Below, piece after piece: positions 9,098 to 17,271 of a stretch of 43,092 bases of DNA. The DNA lies in the NCBI GenBank assembly GCA_014730285.1, contig WJIM01000141.1, positions 1 through 43,092 of the forward strand. Direction: 5' to 3'. A model generated the notes under the pieces. It worked only from the letters and a program-made list of their open reading frames with translations. It was not told the DNA's origin and searched no databases. Position 1 is the stretch's first letter; each line of letters begins with the position of its first letter. A program made the translations under genes and the position numbers. Source of the stretch: Candidatus Zixiibacteriota bacterium (GTDB lineage: Bacteria > Zixibacteria > MSB-5A5 > JAABVY01).

Positions 9098-10219
9098 ATA
9101 GCAGACTTTTACGAAACTGTCAATGAAGATAAGACCGAACGCGCCATACTGGTGGGCGTAAAACTCCCCAGAACCATCGACCATGAATTCGATGAATCCC
9201 TCAAGGAATTAAGGCTTCTGGCAACCTCCGCCGGAGCGAAAGTCCAGAATATCGTAACCCAGGAAAGAAAAAAGATCGATGCGGCCTATTTTATAGGCAA
9301 GGGCAAAGTCTCCGAAATCCGGGATCTGGCTGAATCGGAACGCGCCAATGTCGTTATTTTCGACGAGGAATTAACGCCCGCCCAGATCCGCAACCTGGAA
9401 AATCGCCTGGATATAAAGGTAATTGACCGAACCACCCTGATTCTTGACATCTTCGTCAACAGGGCCAAAACAAACGAGGCCAAAGCACAGGTGGAACTGG
9501 CCCAGCTAAATCACCTGCTTCCACGGCTGACACGCCAGTGGACACACCTCTCCAAGCAGTACGGCGGAATCGGCACCAAGGGGCCGGGTGAAACCCAGCT
9601 CGAAACGGACAGGCGTTTGATCAACAACAAAATAAAAATCCTGAAAAAGAAGCTAAAAAAGATAGATAATGAGCGTATCACCCAGCGCAAAAACAGGCTC
9701 GATCTGTTCCGTGTCTGCCTTGTAGGCTACACTAATGCCGGCAAATCCACACTCTTCAACTGCCTGACCAAATCCGGCGTTACCACCGAAAATCGGCTTT
9801 TTTCCACGCTCGACTCGACCACCCGCAAGTTGTCCGATTCCAACGGCCACAAAGTCCTTATGACCGACACAGTCGGTTTTATCAACAAGCTCCCGCACCA
9901 ACTGGTGGCCTCATTTAAATCGACGCTGGATGAGGTCCGATTATCCAGCCTGCTGATTCATGTGGTCGATTTCTCCCATCCTCATTATCTCAAGCGGATA
10001 GCCAATGTCAACGAGGTATTGTCGGACATAGGGGCCGATAAAATCCCCATGATTATGGCTTTCAATAAGATAGATAAATCACCCGAACCTTACGCCGAAT
10101 TCGGCCATTATTTCACCCCCGACCTTAAAAACTTCTTTCTTTCGGCCATTAAAAAAGAGGGAGTTAAACATTTAATTAAGAGAATAACTTATTTGGCCGA
10201 TGATAATAATAGTGTTTAG
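9098..10219 (+). CDS. hflX: GTPase HflX (5' end uncertain; probable non-canonical ATA start at 9098; the ORF track starts at GTG 9152)
   Basis: HflX N-domain (VIFDEELTPAQIRNLE, VIDRTTLILDIF, QVELAQL, GPGETQLETDRR) and G-domain (GYTNAGKSTLFN, DTVGF, NKID). The conserved first strand ERAILVGV lies upstream of GTG 9152. SD aaaggaagg is at 9084-9092. Confidence 0.9.
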   Translation: MADFYETVNEDKTERAILVGVKLPRTIDHEFDESLKELRLLATSAGAKVQNIVTQERKKIDAAYFIGKGKVSEIRDLAESERANVVIFDEELTPAQIRNLENRLDIKVIDRTTLILDIFVNRAKTNEAKAQVELAQLNHLLPRLTRQWTHLSKQYGGIGTKGPGETQLETDRRLINNKIKILKKKLKKIDNERITQRKNRLDLFRVCLVGYTNAGKSTLFNCLTKSGVTTENRLFSTLDSTTRKLSDSNGHKVLMTDTVGFINKLPHQLVASFKSTLDEVRLSSLLIHVVDFSHPHYLKRIANVNEVLSDIGADKIPMIMAFNKIDKSPEPYAEFGHYFTPDLKNFFLSAIKKEGVKHLIKRITYLADDNNSV

Positions 10220-10234
10220 GGAAATAGGAGCGAA

Positions 10235-10606
10235 ATGGCCAAACAGCAGATTTTAATAGTCGATGACAATCCGAATATGTCCAGCCTTTTGGCGGAGATG
10301 CTCGAAATTTTCGAGTTCGATTCCCAGCGTGCCGGGAACGGTCAGGAGGCCATCGATATTCTTGGCGGCGATTCCTTTTCGATGGTAATCACCGATTTAC
10401 GTATGCCTGAAATGTCCGGATCGGAACTCCTGAAAAATATCAAGGAGAACCATCCCGATTTACCGGTTGTGGTAATTTCAGGATACAATCTGGCCGAGGA
10501 GGAGGATACGCTTCTCTCAGAACTGGCCGACGGGTTTATCAACAAGCCGTTCAAGATGGTTGACATCGAAAACATGTTGAATAAATTTTTCAAAGCCCGC
10601 ATCTGA
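10235..10606 (+). CDS. Stand-alone CheY-like response-regulator receiver domain
   Basis: 123 aa. ILIVDDNP, phospho-acceptor context VITDLRMPEMSG, VVVISG and INKPF are all present. No output domain. Starts 15 nt after hflX. Confidence 0.85.
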   Translation: MAKQQILIVDDNPNMSSLLAEMLEIFEFDSQRAGNGQEAIDILGGDSFSMVITDLRMPEMSGSELLKNIKENHPDLPVVVISGYNLAEEEDTLLSELADGFINKPFKMVDIENMLNKFFKARI

Positions 10607-10712
10607 CGGGAATTCCAATCAAACTCAAAATCAAGCTTCCCCATAAATCTATCTAAATCATTCATAGGCAATCTGGGTCTAATATTATATTCTCCATCAA
10701 ACCAAATCATTC

Positions 10713-10747
10713 AATAAAAAAGCGCCTCGATTAATAACCGAGGCGCT
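10713..10747 (-). terminator. Rho-independent terminator of the aminotransferase gene
   Basis: agcgcctcg (10721-10729) pairs with cgaggcgct (10739-10747) around a 9-nt loop. On the minus strand the stem is followed by tttttatt. It sits 20 nt past the stop codon. Confidence 0.65.
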
Positions 10748-10767
10748 GCTATTAAGATGATATAACT

Positions 10768-12042
10768 CTATTTTGTCACAGGCTCCTGTTTGCCCGCCAG
10801 CACTCTCTCGAGACGTTCGAGGATGTACTGCTGTTCGGAATCATCGATAATCAACGGGGGTGAAATCCGTATCGTATGACCGTGACTGTCGTTGGCCAGC
10901 ATGTTCATATCCAGAAGCTGGCGGCAGAAGAACATAGCATCGCCATTATTGACCTCGATTCCGATAAAGAGACCCTGGCCCCGAACCTCCTTGACATGCT
11001 CTGAGCGGGATGCGATATCCAGAATCTGCTTTTTCATGTATTCACCTTTGCGAGCCGACATACCCGAAAGATCCTCTTCCTTGAAAACATCAAGCGCGGC
11101 ATTGCCCGCGACCATGGAAAGCGGATAGTGACCGTAAGTGGAACCGTCGGAACCCGGCGAGAAAGCCATATTCATCAGATAGGCATTGGTAACCAATACA
11201 GAGAGAGGAACCAGTCCGCCGGAAATTGCCTTGCCCAGGATCACTGCATCGGGAATAACACCTTCATGCTGGAAAGCGAAGTCCTTGCCGGTACGTCCCA
11301 TTCCAACCTGAATCTCGTCAGCAGTAAGGATCAAATCATATTTATCGCAAATATCGCGCAGGCCTTTTAAAAATCCGGGAGGAGGAACATACATTCCACC
11401 CTCGCCCTGCATCGGCTCAACCAGAATACCACAGGTATTCGGAGTCACCGCCTTCTCGACAGCGTCCAGATCGCCAAAGGGTACCTCGACAAATCCGGGA
11501 GTCAAAGGCCCGAAACCCTCTTTGTACTTCCTGGCCGAAGAGAATGAGATTACCGTAATCATCCGGCCATGGAAGTTATTGGAGAATGTAATAATCTCCT
11601 GCTTGCCGTCGGTAATTCCCTTGTTCTTGAACCCGTAATACCGCATCAGCTTAATAGCCGTTTCAACGGATTCGACTCCGCCATTTTTTGCCATAGCAAC
11701 ATTGCCACTCTCACCGAAACGTGTACCGAGCTGCGGAAGCAGTGTACAGAGTTTTTCCAGAAAGCGTGACTTAACATCAGTGTAAATAACGTTGGAAATC
11801 ACCGAACCCATACCCTCCTGCAGGGCCTTAACCATAGCAGCTACGATTTTGGGATGGTGATGTCCCGGATTAGCGGCGCTGTATGCTGCCAGACAGTCAA
11901 GGATTTTTGTACCGTCCTGAGTGTAAAGCCAGGCGCCTTTGGTTTTGCGAATTACGGTTTTCAGCCGGTTATAATGGTGGGCACCGTATTTCTGATCGAG
12001 CTCAATAGCTTCGATATCTTTTAAGTCTGTCAACCCGATCAT
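10768..12042 (-). CDS. rocD: Class-III PLP aminotransferase, ornithine aminotransferase-like
   Basis: 424 aa, colinear with ornithine-oxoacid aminotransferases (YGAHHY, AYSAANPGHHHPKIV, NFHGR, ADEIQVGMGRTG, GKAISGG with the PLP lysine, GSTYG, IRISPPL). Substrate specificity is inferred only. Confidence 0.75.
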   Translation of the reverse strand: MIGLTDLKDIEAIELDQKYGAHHYNRLKTVIRKTKGAWLYTQDGTKILDCLAAYSAANPGHHHPKIVAAMVKALQEGMGSVISNVIYTDVKSRFLEKLCTLLPQLGTRFGESGNVAMAKNGGVESVETAIKLMRYYGFKNKGITDGKQEIITFSNNFHGRMITVISFSSARKYKEGFGPLTPGFVEVPFGDLDAVEKAVTPNTCGILVEPMQGEGGMYVPPPGFLKGLRDICDKYDLILTADEIQVGMGRTGKDFAFQHEGVIPDAVILGKAISGGLVPLSVLVTNAYLMNMAFSPGSDGSTYGHYPLSMVAGNAALDVFKEEDLSGMSARKGEYMKKQILDIASRSEHVKEVRGQGLFIGIEVNNGDAMFFCRQLLDMNMLANDSHGHTIRISPPLIIDDSEQQYILERLERVLAGKQEPVTK

Positions 12043-12130
12043 CTCTCTCTCCTTATTCCTCAGATCGTCGTCATCATAGCCACTACACAGGTCAGAGGCT
12101 ATTTGTTCCCGCCTTCACAAGGCCTTAATC

Positions 12131-12158
12131 TATATACGTCCAATTCCGATTTTGTCAA
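12131..12158 (-). promoter_or_regulatory. sigma70-type promoter candidate (TTGACA-N16-TATATA) for the aminotransferase gene
   Basis: Minus strand: TTGACA (12158-12153), a 16-nt spacer and TATATA (12136-12131), about 90 nt upstream of the ATG at 12042. Confidence 0.45.
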
Positions 12159-12331
12159 GTGTTGTAATCCAAAATTTTTTAACGGCTTACGGGAAATTTC
12201 TAAAGCAATTTACAGGGGATATATCGGCAGAAATCAGTCGAAATATAACCTATTATTACTCATAATGATCCGTTGTCACAAACTTTATCTACAGCAATAT
12301 TTTAAAGAGAAATTCGGAGCTCATTTGTCCT

Positions 12332-12835
12332 TTAAATCTCCGGAGCTTCGCCGCCAAAATTCGCCCATTCCTCTTTGGAAGGTCCGCATACTCCGGGTAC
12401 TTTCAGACCGGCCTGACGCATCAAGATCGTCATTTGCCCGCGGTGATGAGCCTGATGTACCACCAGAATATAGAGCGTAAATCCTTTCTTCCACTTCAGG
12501 CCGTACATATCATCTTCCTTGAGCAAGTCCTCATCACTCCACTTCGATTTGATTTCGCTCATGAGCTGCTCAGAGGCGTCCTTGTAAGCATCGATTATCT
12601 TCTCGAGGCCGTCCGGCATAGGATCGTCCTCCTTGATGCCTTTAAACTCCAGTCCGGTGTGCGATATCATCTCGGGAATAGTCAAAATATTATGCCAGGC
12701 TATGCGTCCTATATCTCGGTGACCATCGGCGACAGACTGCGAGAGTGATTCCTGTGTCAGGGATTTCATCACATTGATCGTATTCTCCGACTCAATTTTC
12801 CAGATCGACTCGAAATCTTCAATAGTCCTAAACAT
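12332..12835 (-). CDS. DinB-family (four-helix bundle, metal-binding) protein
   Basis: DinB-like His pattern (...HRDIGRIAWH..., ...VVHQAHHRGQMT...). Start placed at the ATG at 12835, preceded by AAGGAGG; the track ORF extends 11 codons further upstream. Confidence 0.8.
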   Translation of the reverse strand: MFRTIEDFESIWKIESENTINVMKSLTQESLSQSVADGHRDIGRIAWHNILTIPEMISHTGLEFKGIKEDDPMPDGLEKIIDAYKDASEQLMSEIKSKWSDEDLLKEDDMYGLKWKKGFTLYILVVHQAHHRGQMTILMRQAGLKVPGVCGPSKEEWANFGGEAPEI

Positions 12836-12926
12836 ATTTCCTCCTTTATGAGATGGTTTAATATGCAAGCTTGTTTTTGGGAATATACGACCCGGGGCAA
12901 ATTCTGTAAATCATTTATGAGGGCAA

Positions 12927-12957
12927 ATAAAAAAGCCTGACCGGTGACGGGCAGGCT
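12927..12957 (-). terminator. Rho-independent terminator of the small basic protein gene
   Basis: agcctgaccg (12934-12943) pairs with cgggcaggct (12948-12957): 10 bp with one mismatch. On the minus strand it is followed by ttttttatt. Confidence 0.55.
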
Positions 12958-12979
12958 TTAAAAGAAGACTCTCTTATTT

Positions 12980-13243
12980 TTAACGCCACTGGTTGGAACG
13001 CATTTTCTTCAGATAAGTCTTGTTCTTTCTCAGACCGAGGTCGCCAGCTTTGGCCTGCACCGAGGAAACAGTGCGGCGGAACTTGCGGGCGATGTCCTTG
13101 GTCGGGGTGTCTTTGTAAATCTTTCTGAGGGTCTTCACCTCAGTCGGTGTCCAGGGTTTGCCATTGGCCCAGCGCTTTTTGCTGGAGCGATTCCACTTGG
13201 TGGAATTCTTGGAGGTGTAGCGAGTGCTTCTCCTGACCGGCAT
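12980..13243 (-). CDS. Small, very basic protein with a possible Myb/SANT-like helix-turn-helix
   Basis: 87 aa with a strong SD (aaggag) 7 nt before the ATG and its own terminator. KPWTPTEVKTLRKIY...TKDIARKFRRTVSSVQAKAGDLGL resembles the W-x-E...IA...RT...Q spacing of a Myb repeat. Family assignment is tentative. Confidence 0.5.
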   Translation of the reverse strand: MPVRRSTRYTSKNSTKWNRSSKKRWANGKPWTPTEVKTLRKIYKDTPTKDIARKFRRTVSSVQAKAGDLGLRKNKTYLKKMRSNQWR

Positions 13244-13911
13244 ATCCTTACTCCTTTGTTTAGGTTAATGCGGCCATGGCGGTCGAATAATCAATGTACT
13301 ATCCGATCCGGCATGGAGTTATTTTAATATGTTCTTAGCTTACTATTTTATTCGGCGTAAGCAGTTAAAGCTTTAATCCTAATGCGATGCTAATCGATTG
13401 TGCAGGTTCATATTATGGGATAAATCCCATAATTTTGAATTCTGCTCATCCATATAAGTCTTTGCAGGATATATAATTGCAAAATTAAAATAAGAGTTGT
13501 GGATACAGTATTTCAACTTTTGCCGTCTCAAAAAAAATAGAAATTCAGGCCGATTTAGACAGCTAAACAGGAACAAAAGCAGTTTGATGTGGTTGTCATG
13601 GGACTAATAGATCAGAAGATTTGTGTAAGGCAAGGCTTGCTTTTAAATGAAGATGTGGTTATATTACAGTTTGCCTGTCAAGTCCTTTGAACTCAGAAAA
13701 TATTTTTTTTCAAAACGCCTCAAACGTTTTTTATGAGTAATCATGATATTACTTAGAATGACAGACTTGGATATAAATGATAATTCCGGTTCTCAAGATT
13801 TAGGAACTGATTCCGAAAAGTAACAGGGGATGTAATTCATCAGAAACTCATTGGCATATTTCCAGTATAACAAATAGAACCTGCGATAATAAGCTGATAA
13901 GAGAGTCAATC

Positions 13912-15177
13912 ATGAAAAAAATTCTAATCATTATCACAACGATTATTTTCATTTTCCCCGCCATTCTTTCGGCGGACAGAATACTGATTCCAATGGATCA
14001 CACCCAGAACGATCATCTCAAAGCCTACGGCGTAGCTTTCTACTGTCTTCAACAGGGCTACAAGGTGGAATGGCTTTTGAATTATCGTGCCGGATCATTC
14101 CTCACGCCCAGCCGTGAGGACATCGGTGAAATATGTCTTTTGCGAGGGGTAACCTACGAGACCATTCCCAATTCCGAAGCGGAAAATATCTACAGAACTA
14201 TAGAAACCGAAAATATGGAGGTCATTCTTCTGGAGAAACCTCCCGAGGTTGCAATTTACACTCCTCCCAACAAGGAGCCCTGGGATGATGCCGTGACTCT
14301 GGCATTGACCTATGCCGAAATTCCCTACACCACACTCTGGGACGAGGAGATGCTGGAAGGTGATCTGGAAAAATATGACTGGCTGCATTTGCATCATGAG
14401 GACTTCACGGGACAGTTCGGAAAATTTTACGGTGCGTACCGCAATGCGGAATGGTACAAGCAGGAAGTTGCTACCAACGAGATCGCGGCCAAGGCTCTGG
14501 GTTTTCGCAAGGTGCCGGAACTTAAGCTGGCGGTGGCCAAAACAGTGAAGGATTATATCTATCGTGGAGGATTTATCTTCGCCATGTGTTCCGCGCCTGA
14601 GACTATGGATATCGCTCTTGCGGCGGAGAACACAGACATCGTCCCACGCGAGTATGACGGCGACCCGATAGATCCAAACTGCCAGAAAAAATTGCGCTAT
14701 GAAAATTGTCTGGCATTCGAAAACTTTACAATCTCTTTAAATGCCCTGGAATACAGGCATTCGGATATCGATACTTATCCCGAGAGAAGTAATTACATAA
14801 AAAATCAGGACATGGATTATTTCAGGCTCTTCGATTTTTCCGCGAAACTCGATCCGGTCCCTACCATGCTCGTACAATGCCATCTTGGACAGATCAAGGG
14901 TTTCATGGGACAGAGCACCGCAATGCGCAAGTCGCTTTTGAAATCGCATGTCACGGTGCTGGCGGAGGTCGAGGGCTTTGATGAGGTGAGATACATTCAC
15001 GGCAATTACGGCAGAGGGACCTTCACATTCCTGGCCGGGCACGATCCCGAGGATTACATGCACATGGTAGGCGATCCGCCTACCGATCTGGAGCTGCATA
15101 AGAACTCTCCGGGCTATCGTTTGATTCTCAATAATATTCTTTTCCCGGCCGCAAAAAAGAAAGAACGTAAGACCTGA
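13912..15177 (+). CDS. Secreted conserved protein of unknown function
   Basis: 421 aa. Cleavable-looking signal peptide (MKKILIIITTIIFIFPAILSA/DR), a His cluster (WLHLHHEDFTGQ), FAMCSAPE and a basic C-terminal tail (AAKKKERKT). No catalytic family recognisable by eye. Confidence 0.6.
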   Translation: MKKILIIITTIIFIFPAILSADRILIPMDHTQNDHLKAYGVAFYCLQQGYKVEWLLNYRAGSFLTPSREDIGEICLLRGVTYETIPNSEAENIYRTIETENMEVILLEKPPEVAIYTPPNKEPWDDAVTLALTYAEIPYTTLWDEEMLEGDLEKYDWLHLHHEDFTGQFGKFYGAYRNAEWYKQEVATNEIAAKALGFRKVPELKLAVAKTVKDYIYRGGFIFAMCSAPETMDIALAAENTDIVPREYDGDPIDPNCQKKLRYENCLAFENFTISLNALEYRHSDIDTYPERSNYIKNQDMDYFRLFDFSAKLDPVPTMLVQCHLGQIKGFMGQSTAMRKSLLKSHVTVLAEVEGFDEVRYIHGNYGRGTFTFLAGHDPEDYMHMVGDPPTDLELHKNSPGYRLILNNILFPAAKKKERKT

Positions 15178-15381
15178 TTTTCAGGCACTTAAGTGCTATA
15201 CTGCTGTTATTGAGAGTAGCAGCACAAATTTGTATCTACCTGATTTTTTAGGAAAATATAGGCAGAAATTTAAGAAAAATTAGAGTTGCATCGCATAAAA
15301 TAAAACGTATATTTTGCGATTCTCTTAATTCGAATCTTAAGCCCATAAGGCGTATTATACCAGTTTACAAGGAGAATTGGA

Positions 15382-16047
15382 TTGTTTGATTCAAATCTAT
15401 CGATGATAGTTTCCAACAGGCAGAAAGGCAGACCGATCGCGACAGAGCTGGAAAATCTGGGCATTGTTCTTCGTTACGCTAATCTGAAATCGGGAGACTT
15501 TCTGATTTCCGAGAAGATCGCGGTGGAGATCATGGACGCTGACGAGTTCATCGAATCCATCAACAACAAGATGTTGTTCAGAAAGCTGATCGATTTCAAG
15601 CGTTATTTTCCTGAGGCGGTTTTCATACTTCAGGGATTCATCGCCCTGAACGGTAAGATGAATTCGCCCAAGATCAGGAGCGCAATCTCCTACATTACGA
15701 TTTTAAATCGTATGCCGATTATCATGACAACCGATGCCAAGGATTCGTCGCAATACCTCAATCTTCTGGTACGGCAGGCGCAACATGGCCTGACTATGGA
15801 GAACCGCGAGTCCGACAGCAGGAAGAAGGAAAGGTATTCTTCGCTCAAGGAAGCACAGGTTGCAGTTTTATCGGCACTTCCGGAGGTTGGCTCAACGACG
15901 GCAGAAGCCATTCTGACTCAGTTTGGATCACTGTCAAAGGTGTTCAAAGCTTCGGCTTCCGACCTGATGAAGGTCGGCGGAATCGGCCGTAAAAAGGCCG
16001 AGAGATTAGTTAAGGTATTCGAAGCAAAGTATCGCAAACAAAAGTAG
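15382..16047 (+). CDS. ERCC4/XPF-family nuclease-fold protein with a C-terminal (HhH)2 domain; the catalytic motif appears degenerate
   Basis: TTG start 5 nt after aaggagaa. GDF...VEIMDADEF (nt ~15493-15549) aligns with the GDx(n)ERKxxxD signature, but ERK is EIM. The N-terminal D.RE position reads SNRQ. Two HhH motifs follow (LPEVGSTTAEAIL; VGGIGRKKAERLV). Confidence 0.65.
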   Translation: MFDSNLSMIVSNRQKGRPIATELENLGIVLRYANLKSGDFLISEKIAVEIMDADEFIESINNKMLFRKLIDFKRYFPEAVFILQGFIALNGKMNSPKIRSAISYITILNRMPIIMTTDAKDSSQYLNLLVRQAQHGLTMENRESDSRKKERYSSLKEAQVAVLSALPEVGSTTAEAILTQFGSLSKVFKASASDLMKVGGIGRKKAERLVKVFEAKYRKQK

Positions 16048-16167
16048 AGCGCTTTGCTTCAACACAGCCGTTTGGAATAATTGAACTTCGTTCTTTTCCA
16101 AAAAGACTGACCAGCTAATAATCCAGGGGCTAATAGTTTCCCATTACGGGACTGTGGATAGGTGTAT

Positions 16168-17271
16168 CTAATCCTTCCAGTCGGCAATAAAGATATTGGT
16201 CTCACCCGGTTCGGATTGATTCCTGTTGGATGCGAACACCAGCTTTTTTCCATCATGCGAAAACATCGGAAAACCGTCGAATTCAACTTCGAAAGTGATT
16301 TGCTTTAAGCCGCTGCCATCGACATTAATAATAAACAGATCGAAATTGCGCCCGCCTTCATGATGGTTGGAGGCAAAAACTATCCGTTTGCCGTCGGGAT
16401 GAAAATACGGGCAGAAATTAGCGCCGCCCAGGTTCGTCACCTGCCTGCGCTCCGTGCCGTCTGTGCGTATCATGAAGATTTCCAGCTCGCCGGGACGAAT
16501 CTGGTTTTTGGACAGGTTGTATTTATAATCCGCAATATCGGCCGAATCTTTGGGGTGATGTGCGCGGTAGACCAGCCACTCGCCATCGATCGAGAAAAAC
16601 GCCCCGCCATCATAGCCAAGTTCATTTGTAATTCTCGTAATATCGCTGCCGTCAGGCTTCATGATATAAAGATCGAGATCGCCTTCGCGAAGCGAGGTAA
16701 AAACAATCCTGCTGCCGTCCGGCGAATACACGGCCTCGGCATCATAACGCGGATTCACGGTCAAACGCTCGAGTTTAGAACCGTCCGGATCGGAACGAAA
16801 AATATCATATTCGGGATAAAGTGACCAGACATAACCGCGCGACATATCCGGCGGCGGCGGACATTCGCTGTCAGCCAGATGAGTGGAGGCATAAACAATC
16901 TTGCGGCCGTCCGGCGCGATAAAGGCGCAGGTTGTTCTTCCCTCTCCGGTCGAAACAAGTCTTTTGTCCGAGCCGTCGGAATTCATCATAAATATCTGGT
17001 CGCATTCAAAGCTGTCGCGGGTTGACTGAAATATCAGCTTATCTCCTTCATAAGAAAAATAGGCCTCGGCATTTTCACCGCCGAAGGTCAACTGCTGAAT
17101 GTTTGCAAAATGCTGCTCCTCTCCCGGTCTTAAAAGGCTGCCGGTTGTATCAAACGATGAATCCTCCTCCCGATTCTGAGCTTCCTCTCCCCCGCATGAC
17201 AGGATCAGTGCCAATGCCAAGATTAATGCCATATTGATAAAGAGCAATTTGCCTGGAACATTCTTATGCAT
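16168..17271 (-). CDS. TolB-like beta-propeller (PD40/WD40-like repeat) lipoprotein
   Basis: Lipobox ...LALILSCGG. Repeated PD40 units (SPDGSRIVFTS, HPDGKRIVFASN, SHDGKKLVFASNR...). Start taken as the ATG at 17271; the track ORF reaches 17289. Confidence 0.8.
   Translation of the reverse strand: MHKNVPGKLLFINMALILALALILSCGGEEAQNREEDSSFDTTGSLLRPGEEQHFANIQQLTFGGENAEAYFSYEGDKLIFQSTRDSFECDQIFMMNSDGSDKRLVSTGEGRTTCAFIAPDGRKIVYASTHLADSECPPPPDMSRGYVWSLYPEYDIFRSDPDGSKLERLTVNPRYDAEAVYSPDGSRIVFTSLREGDLDLYIMKPDGSDITRITNELGYDGGAFFSIDGEWLVYRAHHPKDSADIADYKYNLSKNQIRPGELEIFMIRTDGTERRQVTNLGGANFCPYFHPDGKRIVFASNHHEGGRNFDLFIINVDGSGLKQITFEVEFDGFPMFSHDGKKLVFASNRNQSEPGETNIFIADWKD

Noticed and set aside
9152-9154. 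GTG at 9152 as the hflX start (as in the ORF track).
   Set aside because: It would delete part of the conserved first strand of the HflX N-domain, and it has no SD. An upstream start behind the SD at 9084-9092 is better supported.
12103-12480. 125-aa plus-strand ORF spanning the aminotransferase promoter region and the 3' end of the DinB gene.
   Set aside because: It overlaps DinB in antisense, and its 5' part covers a good minus-strand promoter. It has no coding signature.
13379-13576. 65-aa minus-strand ORF in the long AT-rich gap.
   Set aside because: Its composition is low-complexity and Phe/Asn/Leu-rich, driven by AT-richness, and it has no ribosome-binding site.
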